From an uncultured Bacillota bacterium (GTDB lineage Bacteria > Bacillota > Clostridia > Christensenellales > UBA1242): a stretch of DNA of 64,000 nucleotides. The notes beneath the pieces were generated by a model that was not told where the DNA came from, did no database searches, and was given only the letters and a program-made list of their open reading frames with translations. Positions 48,928 through 58,081 of the stretch are shown piece by piece. The DNA lies in assembly GCA_938034555.1 (NCBI GenBank), contig CALHLT010000015.1, forward strand, positions 4,786-68,785. Direction: 5' to 3'. Both the position numbers and the translations under genes were made by a program. How positions within the stretch are numbered: the stretch's first letter is position 1; every line of letters starts with the position of its first letter.

Positions 48928-50358
48928 ATGCCTAAGAAAAAATATGTTTATGCGAATAAAAGACTTCTTTTAAACAAAGATTCTTTGGAAAATGAAGACC
49001 AATTGTTTTATATTTCGCCGCTTCTTGCTAAGCAAATTGGCGAAAAATTTAATTTGGGCAAAAGCGTTGAGGAAAGATTTAAGTTATATTTTGAAGCACT
49101 TCATTATATGGGAATTTCGCCTTTGCTTGATGCAAGAAAAATTCGAAGAGATGTTGCGGATTTAAGAGTTGATAAATATCTTAGCTTAAATGATAGACAA
49201 GCATATGCAATAACGGATATTGCTGATGAAAAAATTATTTCAATTCGAAATAGTTTTAGGGAAAATAATTTTTGCACGATATTTCATGAAATGAATCATA
49301 TTTTTTCAAAGCATAACTACTCAAAAACTAACAAAGAATTTCAAAGTTTGAATGACCCTTTTTACGTTGATAAAGAAATCCAACACCAATTTGGATATTT
49401 CCTTGATTTTGGCGAGAATGAAAACGACAACTATAATCAATTTGATGAAGGAGTTACGGAATATCTTGCTTTAAGACAAGTTGCATATGCTGTTAAGCGT
49501 GATGTTCCTCTTGGGTCATATCGTTTTGAAGTTCAGTTTGTAAGAATGTTTTATTTACTTGCGGGGAATGCTCTTTTTGAAGGATATTTTAATGATGGCG
49601 ACTTTTCAAGAATAGCAAGAGAAATTGGGGTTGAAGATGTAACAGAAAAAACCATTAAATCAATTGCATATGCAATTTCGCAAGTGCAAAACCAAAGTAT
49701 GTCTCTTATGCTTGAAACTGAGGCTCTTTTAAACAAAAACATGATTTTGCTTTTGGCAGATAAAGTTGAGGGAATTGTTTGGGATAATTTGGAATTGTTT
49801 GAAAATGTTGGTGAAATTGAAAAACTTATTGGAAATGCATTTTCAAACTTCGCTCAAACATTCTATTTTGGTTCTTCCGAAAAAGAAGTTGATCAATTGT
49901 TAAGACCAGAAACTTTCAACTTTTTAACAGAAATGTATTTTAATCTTGTTGAAGATGTTAACGAGGACATTTGCGAAAAAGGGCTTGAAGAAAAATTAGG
50001 GCTTATTAACCTTGAAAACAAAACATTTGACGGTGTTTGCGATTTCTTTAAATTTATTAACAGCAGGAATTATGGAATTGTTCTTGTTGACGAAAAACCA
50101 TTAACTTTTGAAAACCTTCTTGCGCAAGAAAAAGTTTGCGTGTATAATGAAGCAAAAGGGAACTATATAAGAAAAAAACAAAAAATTGGGGATCCTCTTT
50201 TCATGGAGGAGTTTGGAAATCAAACGGATGTCCTTGACGGAATTTATAAGGCTGATGCAGCAAGACAGAAATTTAGCAAGCCACAAATTAAAGATTTTAG
50301 TGAATTTGAAAACGCTCAAACAGATGGCGAGCAAAACGAAGCCGAAATGGAAATGTAG
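48928..50358 (+). CDS. hypothetical protein with HExxH motif (476 aa)
   Basis: TIFHEMNHIF is a possible zinc-metallopeptidase motif, with a downstream EGVTEYL Glu. No family recognised. Confidence 0.65.
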   Translation: MPKKKYVYANKRLLLNKDSLENEDQLFYISPLLAKQIGEKFNLGKSVEERFKLYFEALHYMGISPLLDARKIRRDVADLRVDKYLSLNDRQAYAITDIADEKIISIRNSFRENNFCTIFHEMNHIFSKHNYSKTNKEFQSLNDPFYVDKEIQHQFGYFLDFGENENDNYNQFDEGVTEYLALRQVAYAVKRDVPLGSYRFEVQFVRMFYLLAGNALFEGYFNDGDFSRIAREIGVEDVTEKTIKSIAYAISQVQNQSMSLMLETEALLNKNMILLLADKVEGIVWDNLELFENVGEIEKLIGNAFSNFAQTFYFGSSEKEVDQLLRPETFNFLTEMYFNLVEDVNEDICEKGLEEKLGLINLENKTFDGVCDFFKFINSRNYGIVLVDEKPLTFENLLAQEKVCVYNEAKGNYIRKKQKIGDPLFMEEFGNQTDVLDGIYKADAARQKFSKPQIKDFSEFENAQTDGEQNEAEMEM

Positions 50359-50375
50359 AGAATTGGAGGAAAAAC

Positions 50376-51107
50376 ATGGGACAAATTATTAAATTTAGCA
50401 CACAAGAAGAATGGAAAGAAGCGGGAGTTGAACCTTCGGTAACTCGTTTTTTGAAAAAACTTTTCGTTGATTTGGACGACAGATATGATCCAAAATCTCC
50501 AATTAATTTGATTAACATTTTATATAACATGGGCGTTGAAGTTGTTGATATGGAATGCACAGACCGATCGGAAATTGCGCATCTTTCAATGGGCGAAGAA
50601 CCTCGTCGTCTTTTAATTGACACCATGGCTGTTGGGATGAATAAAAACGTTATGTTTGAAATTATGGCGGCGTGTGTTAAATATATTTACGACTGCAAAA
50701 AAATTATTGACCAAAACTATAACGAGCCAACGCCAGAACTTTTAAACATGTATCGCGAAATTGTTTCGGAAGCGGCCGACGATTTGCCTATTCCACGCTA
50801 TGAAAATTATGTTAATAAAAAAGGCGTAACAAAGAAAAGAAAACTTTCGCTTTCTGATAAAAAGTTATATAAAAAATATTTAATTGATAAGGAAGTTCAA
50901 TCTTTACACACCGAAGAAGGCTTTGAAAACTATAAGAAAACTTTAATTTCGGACATGATTTTTAGAGAAGGTTATCCGGACTATATTATTGAAAATATGA
51001 ACGGGTCAATTAGGGACGATGCAATCTTTGCAAAAGCGCTTGCTTCGCGCGATGCGGGATATGAAAAAGAGCCTTCAAAAATTGAATCATTTCACGAATT
51101 TGAATAA
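50376..51107 (+). CDS. hypothetical protein (243 aa)
   Basis: ORF 17 nt after the preceding gene, with SD GGAGGA. No catalytic motif recognised. Confidence 0.6.
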   Translation: MGQIIKFSTQEEWKEAGVEPSVTRFLKKLFVDLDDRYDPKSPINLINILYNMGVEVVDMECTDRSEIAHLSMGEEPRRLLIDTMAVGMNKNVMFEIMAACVKYIYDCKKIIDQNYNEPTPELLNMYREIVSEAADDLPIPRYENYVNKKGVTKKRKLSLSDKKLYKKYLIDKEVQSLHTEEGFENYKKTLISDMIFREGYPDYIIENMNGSIRDDAIFAKALASRDAGYEKEPSKIESFHEFE

Positions 51108-51123
51108 GGAAAACAAAAAAGAG

Positions 51124-51148
51124 CGCGAAAAATTTTTCGCGTTTTTTC
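51124..51148 (+). terminator. rho-independent terminator
   Basis: CGCGAAA-aatt-TTTCGCG followed by T6. Confidence 0.7.
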
Positions 51149-51177
51149 TTGACATATATATTTAATTATGTTAAATT
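51149..51177 (+). promoter_or_regulatory. rplU-operon promoter
   Basis: TTGACA-17 nt-(TGt)TAAATT extended -10. Confidence 0.6.
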
Positions 51178-51183
51178 ACCAAT

Positions 51184-51266
51184 GTGCCGCGTTAAAGTGG
51201 TTTTTTATTAAGTGCCTTGTTAGGGCCACCATAAGAGCGAGTTTGGTTAGAGGAGGTAAGGAAAAA
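51184..51266 (+). ncRNA. probable L21 ribosomal-protein leader
   Basis: About 85-nt structured 5' UTR (GTGG...CCAC helix) ahead of rplU-prp-rpmA, the context of the Firmicutes L21 leader. Not verified against a covariance model. Confidence 0.4.
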
Positions 51267-51572
51267 ATGTTTGCAATTGTTCAAACAGGCGGAAAACAAT
51301 ATAAAGTTTCTGTTGGTGACGAAATCAATGTTGAAAAACTTGAACGTAATGTTGGCGACAAAATTAAACTTGATGTTTTAATGCTTGCTGATGGCGAAGC
51401 AGTTAAAGCTGGAAACCCAGTTCTTAGCGATGCTGTTTGCGAAGCAGAAATTGTTGAGCATGGAAAAGGTGACAAAATTATCGTTTTCAAATATAAAGCT
51501 AAGAAAAACGAACGCAAAAAACAAGGTCATCGTCAACCATATACAAAAATTAAAATCACAGCGATTAAATAA
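51267..51572 (+). CDS. rplU: 50S ribosomal protein L21
   Basis: MFAIVQTGGKQYKV with SD GGAGG upstream. The listed ORF start 51168 is leader. Confidence 0.95.
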   Translation: MFAIVQTGGKQYKVSVGDEINVEKLERNVGDKIKLDVLMLADGEAVKAGNPVLSDAVCEAEIVEHGKGDKIIVFKYKAKKNERKKQGHRQPYTKIKITAIK

Positions 51573-51907
51573 TGACAAAAATAACTTTTTTTAAGAAAAA
51601 CAATCTCACAGTGGGATTTAGAGCCGAGGGGCACACGGGATTTGCCGAAGAAGGAAATGACATTGTTTGTTCGGCAATTTCAACCGCAACTCAAATGACA
51701 GTTGTTGGGCTTCAAGATGTTCTTGGCTTGAAAATTTCCTTAAAAAAAGACGATCGAAACGCACTTTTAGAGTGCAAACTTGCTTCAAAAGAAACCGAAA
51801 TTGAAAAAGCACAAAGTTTTTTTAAAACGCTTGAAATTTCGCTTAAAGCAATTGAGCAAGATTATAAAAAATATATGAAAGTGGAGGTTAAAGATGAAAT
51901 TGTTTAA
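51572..51907 (+). CDS. prp: ribosomal-processing cysteine protease Prp (YsxB)
   Basis: [18 protein letters not shown] carries the His/Cys dyad. Lies between rplU and rpmA, with a TAATG overlap. Confidence 0.9.
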   Translation: MTKITFFKKNNLTVGFRAEGHTGFAEEGNDIVCSAISTATQMTVVGLQDVLGLKISLKKDDRNALLECKLASKETEIEKAQSFFKTLEISLKAIEQDYKKYMKVEVKDEIV

Positions 51908-52169
51908 TATTCAACTTTTTGCTCATAAGAAAGGTGGCGGTTCAACAAAGAACGGCAGAGATAGTAATTCAAAACGTCTTGGTGTTAAAGCATCTGACGG
52001 TCAATTTGTTCTTGCTGGCTCAATCATCATTCGCCAAGTTGGAACTAAAGTTTACCCAGGCGTTAATGTTGGGCTTGGAAAAGACTACACACTTTTTGCT
52101 CTTAAAGACGGAAAAGTTAAATTTTCAAAGAGCGGAAGCAAAAAACTTGTTAATATTGTTGAAGAATAA
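51894..52169 (+). CDS. rpmA: 50S ribosomal protein L27 with Prp-cleavable N-extension
   Basis: MKLFNIQLF|[15 protein letters not shown]. Confidence 0.95.
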   Translation: MKLFNIQLFAHKKGGGSTKNGRDSNSKRLGVKASDGQFVLAGSIIIRQVGTKVYPGVNVGLGKDYTLFALKDGKVKFSKSGSKKLVNIVEE

Positions 52170-52175
52170 TTTAAA

Positions 52176-52203
52176 AAACGAAACATTGTTTCGTTTTTTT
52201 TAT
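52176..52203 (+). terminator. rpmA terminator
   Basis: AAACGAAAC-att-GTTTCGTTT followed by T-run. Confidence 0.8.
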
Positions 52204-52296
52204 GTCCTTTAAAAAGCAAAATAATTTTAGTTTTATAAGCCAAAATTTATTATAAAAAATCTAACTTTTTTTAGAAATTTGTGATATAATTTAGCC

Positions 52297-53196
52297 ATGA
52301 ACTATCAACTTGACGGAAACAAAATTATTGTTCTTTGCGAGAATTTCGACTCGAAAAGTATTTTTGAATGCGGTCAAGTTTTTTCATACAAGAAATTCGA
52401 CGATATTTATATTTCATTTCCGCTTGGGAATTTAGCGGCGGTTTATAAAGAAAATGGAAAATTTGTTATTGAAATTTTGAAAGGTGATGTTGATTTTTTT
52501 GTTAATTTTTTCGACCTTGAACGAGATTATCAAGAAATTATCAATCGAATTGAACGCCTTAACTTGGATTTTGGAAAAGAAATTTTGGAAAAAGCAATTG
52601 AAACAGGAAAGGGAATTCGAATTTTAAAGCAAGACGAATTTGAAACAATTGTAACCTTCCTTTTTTCGCAAAATAATAACATTAAAAGGTTCACGAATTC
52701 GCTTTTGGCTCTTCGACGAGATTATGGAGAGGAGATTGTTCCAACAAATATTTCACAAAATGAAAAAGTTAACGAAATTTTGAAAACCGAAAAATTTAAC
52801 TCTTTTCCAAGTTTGGAAAAACTTCTTGCTGCAAATGAGCAGTATTTTTCGAAAATTGGAGCAGGCTATCGCGCAAGTTATTTGAAAGAAACAATTGCGC
52901 AAATGCCAATGTTTTTAGGCCAAGATTTTTCCTTAATTTCAACGCAAGAACTTGAAGAGCAGCTTCTTAAAATGAAGGGAATTGGGCTTAAGGTTGCAAT
53001 GTGCATCATGCTTTTTGGATTTCAACGTTTTGATGTTTTTCCTGTTGACACATGGATTCGAAAAGTTTTTTCCGATTTTAACACGGGCGAAAATCTTCCG
53101 GCAACGGCAATTTCAAGAAAACTTGTTGGCGAGTTTAAAGACCTTTCTGGCTTTGCTCAACAGTATTTGTTCTACTTTAAAAGAGGGAACGGCTGA
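52297..53196 (+). CDS. ogg: 8-oxoguanine DNA glycosylase (Ogg, HhH-GPD family)
   Basis: FECGQVF N-domain and HhH-GPD MKGIGLKVAMCIMLFG...FPVDTWIRKV. Confidence 0.8.
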   Translation: MNYQLDGNKIIVLCENFDSKSIFECGQVFSYKKFDDIYISFPLGNLAAVYKENGKFVIEILKGDVDFFVNFFDLERDYQEIINRIERLNLDFGKEILEKAIETGKGIRILKQDEFETIVTFLFSQNNNIKRFTNSLLALRRDYGEEIVPTNISQNEKVNEILKTEKFNSFPSLEKLLAANEQYFSKIGAGYRASYLKETIAQMPMFLGQDFSLISTQELEEQLLKMKGIGLKVAMCIMLFGFQRFDVFPVDTWIRKVFSDFNTGENLPATAISRKLVGEFKDLSGFAQQYLFYFKRGNG

Positions 53197-53229
53197 TTTG
53201 GTTATTTTGAACAAAAGAAATTTTTGATA

Positions 53230-53376
53230 TTGACAAATGTAAACTTGTGTGATACCATAATTTATGGAAGCAACCCCCATCAAATATTGTTTCCACGAAG
53301 AGAGTGTTTTATAATTTTTTTCGCTCTCTTCTCCTTTTTTTATATCCTTGGCGGCGTTTTAAAATGCCGCTTTTTT
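53230..53376 (+). ncRNA. candidate small RNA (own promoter and terminator)
   Basis: TTGACA-17-TGaTACCAT promoter (53230-53258). Two 8-bp hairpins (GGAAGCAA/TTGTTTCC and GAAGAGAG/CTCTCTTC). Terminator GCGGC-N10-GCCGC followed by T6 (53351-53376). Confidence 0.3.
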
Positions 53377-53472
53377 CTTGCAAAAAAAATTTTAAAAAAA
53401 GGGCTTTATTTTTTTTAATATATATGTTATAATACTCATGAAAATAGAATAAAGAAAAATGAGGAGAAAAAT

Positions 53473-53997
53473 ATGTGGCAAGAAATAGTTGAAGCTTTCA
53501 CGACGATGCAATGGTATATCATTCTTCCTCTTTGCTTGGGAGTTGTCCTTTTGGTTATTGAATGCTTCGTTCCTGGCTTTGGGTTCTTCGGAATTTCTGG
53601 AATCGTTTGCTTGGTTGGAGGAATCATCGCTAATGCGGTTTTAACCAAATCAATTGCACAAACATTGTTCTTGATTGCGCTTTTGTTTGTTTTCATCTTC
53701 CTTTTATTTTTAATATTTATTCGATCTGCAAGGTTTGGTCTTATAAGTAAAACGCCGTTCGTTGAAAAGAAAACCGCCGTTCCAAGAGATTATGCGGATA
53801 AAAGTAAAGACCAAAACAGAAACTTAATTGGTCAACGCGGCGTTGCTATCACACCTTTCACACCATCTGGGAAATTCATGATTGACGATAAAGTTTTTGA
53901 CGGAATAACCCGAGGTGAAGCTCTTGATAAAAATGATGTTATCAAAGTTTCGGATGTTGAAGGAAATAAAATTGTTGTTGAAAAAGTGGAGGTATAA
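53473..53997 (+). CDS. nfeD: NfeD-family membrane protein
   Basis: N-terminal TM helices plus a C-terminal OB-fold-like segment ([25 protein letters not shown]...). Immediately upstream of floA. Confidence 0.8.
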   Translation: MWQEIVEAFTTMQWYIILPLCLGVVLLVIECFVPGFGFFGISGIVCLVGGIIANAVLTKSIAQTLFLIALLFVFIFLLFLIFIRSARFGLISKTPFVEKKTAVPRDYADKSKDQNRNLIGQRGVAITPFTPSGKFMIDDKVFDGITRGEALDKNDVIKVSDVEGNKIVVEKVEV

Positions 53998-53999
53998 AA

Positions 54000-55007
54000 A
54001 TGAATTTAAGTTTATTAGGATTATCTGCTGGAATGATTGCTTTAATAACTGTTTTAAGCGTTTTAGCAGTTTGTTTCATCGTAATTATTTGCTTAGTTCC
54101 AATTAAACAATGGTTTATTGCGCTTGTTTCTGGCGCGCACATTTCGATGGGACGTTTAATTGGTATGAGAATGCGTCGTGTTAAAATAACACCAATTGTT
54201 GCTGCTTACATTCAAGCAAGAAAAGCAGGAATTGACCTTGACATTGTTGACCTTGAAACACACTACATGGCAGGGGGCGATATTGAAAAAGTTATTGTTG
54301 CGTTAATTTCAGCGCACAGTGCGAAACTTCCTCTTTCGGTTGACCAAGCAAAAGCAATTGACCTTGCTGGACGTGACGTTGCGAAAGCGGTTAAAATGTG
54401 TGTTACTCCTGTTGTTATTGAAACTGGCTGGATTTCTGCAATTGCGAAAGACGGTATTGAACTTAGAGTTAAAGCGAAAATCACTTTAAGATCGAACCTT
54501 CCTCGTCTTGTTAGAGGAGCGGGCGAAGAAACAATTTTGGCTCGTGTTGGCGAAGGTATTGTTACAACCGTTGGTTCGGCTTTAACCCACACAGAAGTTT
54601 TGGAAAACCCAGACATAATTTCAAAAACTGTTTTGAACAAAGGTTTGGACGTTTCAACAGCATACGAAATTCTTTCAATTGAAATGGCAGACATTGATGT
54701 TGGACAAAACATTGGTGCGAAACTTGACATCGACCGTGCTGAAGCGGAAAAAGCAGTTGCTCAAGCAAAAGCTGAGGAAAGAAAAGCAATGGCAAATGCT
54801 ATTGAACAAGAAATGAAGGCAAAAACTCAAGAAATGAAAGCGATGGTTCTTGCAGCCGAAGCCGAAGTTCCAAAAGCAATGGCCGACGCAATTAAGAGCG
54901 GAAACCTTGGAGTTATGGATTACTATAAAATTCAAAACTTAAATTCCGACACTGCAATGAGAAACTCAATTGCTGGCGTTGATAAGAAAAAACAAGGCGG
55001 AGTTTAA
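54000..55007 (+). CDS. floA: flotillin-like protein FloA (YqfA/UPF0365)
   Basis: [27 protein letters not shown] and a SPFH-like core. 335 aa. Confidence 0.9.
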   Translation: MNLSLLGLSAGMIALITVLSVLAVCFIVIICLVPIKQWFIALVSGAHISMGRLIGMRMRRVKITPIVAAYIQARKAGIDLDIVDLETHYMAGGDIEKVIVALISAHSAKLPLSVDQAKAIDLAGRDVAKAVKMCVTPVVIETGWISAIAKDGIELRVKAKITLRSNLPRLVRGAGEETILARVGEGIVTTVGSALTHTEVLENPDIISKTVLNKGLDVSTAYEILSIEMADIDVGQNIGAKLDIDRAEAEKAVAQAKAEERKAMANAIEQEMKAKTQEMKAMVLAAEAEVPKAMADAIKSGNLGVMDYYKIQNLNSDTAMRNSIAGVDKKKQGGV

Positions 55008-55025
55008 TAGTTGATTAACAAAATT

Positions 55026-55050
55026 AAAGTGGCCGCTTGGCCACTTTTTT
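55026..55050 (+). terminator. floA terminator
   Basis: AAAGTGGCC-gctt-GGCCACTTT followed by T-run. Confidence 0.8.
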
Positions 55051-55067
55051 AAAATGACGAGGTGAAA

Positions 55068-55700
55068 ATGGTTTGGATAATTGGTATTTCGGCTCTTGCT
55101 CTTGGAGCTCTAATTTACTTCCTTGTTCCTGTTTTTAAAAAAGCCGCTAAAAATAGAGGCGAAAAGAAAGACAGGTCGAGCGAGCGAGAACTTAAAAAAC
55201 AACAAAGACTTGAGAAAAGAGAAGAAAAGAAACAACTTAAAAAAGAAAAAAGTGTTAAAAAAGAAGATATTTCTGCGGAAAATCCTCATGTTTTTGAACT
55301 TAAAGGCGACGAATTTGGGGAAGATCTTAAACCTCTTGAAGACCCAGACACAAAGGTTAATTATGATAATTTGGCTTTTGGAGGGACGGAGGAAACTCCA
55401 GCAGCGCCAAAAGACCAAAATTCATTATCAAACAACATCGAAGATATGTTTAATGAATATTTCTTAGATGAGCGCGAAGACGATAAGCCAGAAAAACCAG
55501 TTGATAATGTTGAGTTTAATTCAGATGGAACTGTTGACAGTGCAGATGGCGACGACGAAGAGATTAAAGATTTCTTGGAAGAATTTAATAGAGTTTCAAT
55601 GCAAGGAAAATCTACAATTAAAGACGACTTTGAAAACCTTTCTCCAGAAATGAAAGCGCTTATGATTTCAAACTTTTTAGACAGAAAAGATAACTTTTAA
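55068..55700 (+). CDS. single-pass membrane protein with highly charged K/E then acidic tail (210 aa)
   Basis: TM helix VWIIGISALALGALIYFLVPVF followed by low-complexity charged sequence. SD GAGGTG lies before ATG 55068. Confidence 0.6.
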   Translation: MVWIIGISALALGALIYFLVPVFKKAAKNRGEKKDRSSERELKKQQRLEKREEKKQLKKEKSVKKEDISAENPHVFELKGDEFGEDLKPLEDPDTKVNYDNLAFGGTEETPAAPKDQNSLSNNIEDMFNEYFLDEREDDKPEKPVDNVEFNSDGTVDSADGDDEEIKDFLEEFNRVSMQGKSTIKDDFENLSPEMKALMISNFLDRKDNF

Positions 55701-55735
55701 GTTTTGGCAGCCAATATTTACTTTTTAAATTTTAG

Positions 55736-55776
55736 CACCGTATAATTGAGAAAAAATCAATTATGCGGTGTTTTTT
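55736..55776 (+). terminator. 14-bp hairpin plus T-run at the host / phage-module boundary
   Basis: CACCGTATAATTGA-gaaaaaa-TCAATTATGCGGTG (one G-U) followed by T6, abutting ATG 55777. The 5' arm contains TATAAT. Confidence 0.7.
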
Positions 55777-56064
55777 ATGAGCAAAAGTATATCAGAAAAA
55801 GAAATTAAAAATGCGCTTTACAAAAAAGCAATTGGCTATGAAGCAAACGAAGTTGTTGAGGAATTTGTTTTGGACGAAAGCGGCGACTATAAATTAAACA
55901 AGAAAAAGGTTACGAAGAAACATATTTCGCCAGACCTTGCGGCGGTTAAACTTCTTCTTGAAAAACTTGAAAAGAAAACAGAAAAGTATGCAAATTTAAC
56001 CGATGAGCAACTTCTTCAAGAAAAGTTGCGTTTGCTTGAATTGCTTGAAAAAAACAAAAAATAA
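55777..56064 (+). CDS. terminase-small-subunit-like protein lacking an N-terminal HTH (95 aa)
   Basis: KKAIGYEANEVVEEF...KKKVTKKHISPDLAAVKLLLEKL resembles the central/C-terminal part of Firmicute phage TerS proteins, from memory. Sits immediately upstream of the portal. No SD. Confidence 0.4.
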   Translation: MSKSISEKEIKNALYKKAIGYEANEVVEEFVLDESGDYKLNKKKVTKKHISPDLAAVKLLLEKLEKKTEKYANLTDEQLLQEKLRLLELLEKNKK

Positions 56065-56163
56065 TTAAAAATTTAATGGAAATTGTTTTTTTTATCGTTA
56101 ATTAACTTAGTATTTAGCGATTTTTTTTCGCTTTATATATCAAATTTTTAAATGGAGGAAAAA

Positions 56164-58077
56164 ATGAAAAATAATTCAAACCAAACTGGCAGAGAACAAG
56201 TTTTTGAAGAGGATTTGGTTAAAGAAGTTTTGGACGATTTCAAAACAAGACAGCAAGAAAGAAAAAGTTTTGAAACGCAATGGGAACTTAACATGAATTT
56301 CCTTATGGGAAATCAATATTGCAGCATTGGCCCTTCGGGCGAGGTTGAGGAATATGACAAACAATTCTATTGGCAAGAAAGAGAAGTTTACAACCACATT
56401 GCGCCAATCATTGAATCTCGTTTGGCAAAACTTATTAACATGAAACCAACCATGACGGTTGTTCCAGCGTCGGGAGATGAGCGCGATGTTAAAACTGCAA
56501 AAATTTCCAAAAAAATTGTTAATGCTGTTTATAACAAACTTTGCGTTAGCGGTGTTATTTCGGAGGCGAACAATTGGAGCGAAGTTTGCGGAACAAGTTT
56601 TTATAAAGTAAGTTGGAACCCAGGCAAAGGAACAATTTTGAAAGATGACGAAATGGGAAAAGTTTGCAGCGGGGAAGTTGAGGTTACTGTTTGTCCACCT
56701 TTTGAAATTTATCCAGAGAGTTCAAGTTGCAGCGACATTGACAATTGTAAGTCAATCATTCATGCAAGAGCATATCACGTTGACGAAATTAAAAGCATTT
56801 GGGGCGTTGATGTTAAAGGCGAAGACATAAATGTTTTTTCGCTTGATAATGTTACAGCAATTGGCGGCTATGGCTATTTTGGAAACACAAGCAAAGTTAC
56901 AAGCGGTGTTAGAAAAAATTACGCAGTTGTTATTGAAAAATATGAGATGCCAACAGTTGAATTCCCAAACGGAAGACTTATCATTGTTGCTGGGGATAAA
57001 CTTGTTTATCTTGGAGAATTGCCATATTTTAACGGAAACGACGGCGAAAGATGTTTTCCATTCATTCGCCAAGCGTGCATTGAACAACCGGGTTGTTTTT
57101 GGGGCTCAAGCATTATTGAGCGCTTAATTCCTGTTCAACGTTCTTTTAACACTCTTAAAAACAGAAAACATGAGTTTATGAACAGACTTTCAATGGGCGT
57201 TTTGACGGTTGAGGATGGCTCAATCGATACCGAAAATTTGGAAGACGACGGGCTTAGCCCTGGCAAAGTTTTGGTCTATCGCCAAGGTGCAACGCCTCCA
57301 AGATTTATGAATTTCGACCGTGTTCCTGTTGATTTTGCAGCCGAAGAAAACATGCTTTTAAATGAGTTCACATACATAAGCGGGGTTTCCGATTTGCTTA
57401 GAAATTCACTTTCATCCTATTCAAACATGTCGGGCGTTGCGCTTCAAGTTTTGGTTGAACAAGACGACACTCGAATTTCAATAACAGCCGAAAAAATTCG
57501 CGAAGCAATTAAGACAATGGCAAAACATGTTTTGCGTTTATATCGTCAATTTGCAACCGTTCCTCGTCTTTCAAAAATTGTTGGCGACAACGGCGAAATT
57601 GAAGTTTTCTATTTTAATGCGTCCGACATATCAAGCGACGACATTGTTTTTGAAACAACAAACGAAGTTGGCGAAACAGTTGCGCAAAAACGCAGCATGG
57701 TTTTCGACCTTCTTAATGCGGGTCTTTTGCACGACGAAAACGGGAAACTTTCAAACAGAATGCGTGTTAAAGCGCTTGACCTTCTTGGCTTTGGTGTTTG
57801 GGAAAATGCGCAAGACATTAACGAACTTCACCTTAAAAAAGCGTCAAGCGAAAACCTTAAATTTTTGAAAGGTGAAACAAAAATTGAGCCTTTGGAAGTT
57901 GACGACCACGACATTCATATTTCGGAGCACACGGCTTTGATGCTTGGCAATGAATTTGCGAAAAAGGCAGAAAGAAACGAAAAACTTACTGAAATTGTTT
58001 TAAAACACATAAGAGCGCATAAACAAATGAAAGCGATGCAAGAGAGTATTGAAAATTCAAAGATAACGGAGAAATAG
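56164..58077 (+). CDS. phage portal protein
   Basis: About 637 aa. The N-terminal RQQERKSFETQWELNMNFLMGNQY pattern is typical of portals. Position before scaffold and coat fits. GGAGG lies 5 nt before ATG 56164. Confidence 0.8.
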   Translation: MKNNSNQTGREQVFEEDLVKEVLDDFKTRQQERKSFETQWELNMNFLMGNQYCSIGPSGEVEEYDKQFYWQEREVYNHIAPIIESRLAKLINMKPTMTVVPASGDERDVKTAKISKKIVNAVYNKLCVSGVISEANNWSEVCGTSFYKVSWNPGKGTILKDDEMGKVCSGEVEVTVCPPFEIYPESSSCSDIDNCKSIIHARAYHVDEIKSIWGVDVKGEDINVFSLDNVTAIGGYGYFGNTSKVTSGVRKNYAVVIEKYEMPTVEFPNGRLIIVAGDKLVYLGELPYFNGNDGERCFPFIRQACIEQPGCFWGSSIIERLIPVQRSFNTLKNRKHEFMNRLSMGVLTVEDGSIDTENLEDDGLSPGKVLVYRQGATPPRFMNFDRVPVDFAAEENMLLNEFTYISGVSDLLRNSLSSYSNMSGVALQVLVEQDDTRISITAEKIREAIKTMAKHVLRLYRQFATVPRLSKIVGDNGEIEVFYFNASDISSDDIVFETTNEVGETVAQKRSMVFDLLNAGLLHDENGKLSNRMRVKALDLLGFGVWENAQDINELHLKKASSENLKFLKGETKIEPLEVDDHDIHISEHTALMLGNEFAKKAERNEKLTEIVLKHIRAHKQMKAMQESIENSKITEK

Positions 58078-58081
58078 GATA

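Noticed and set aside
53224-53418. 64-codon ORF between ogg and nfeD.
   Set aside because: It has a TTG start and no SD, spans a predicted promoter and runs through an intrinsic terminator. The region is treated as a possible sRNA instead.
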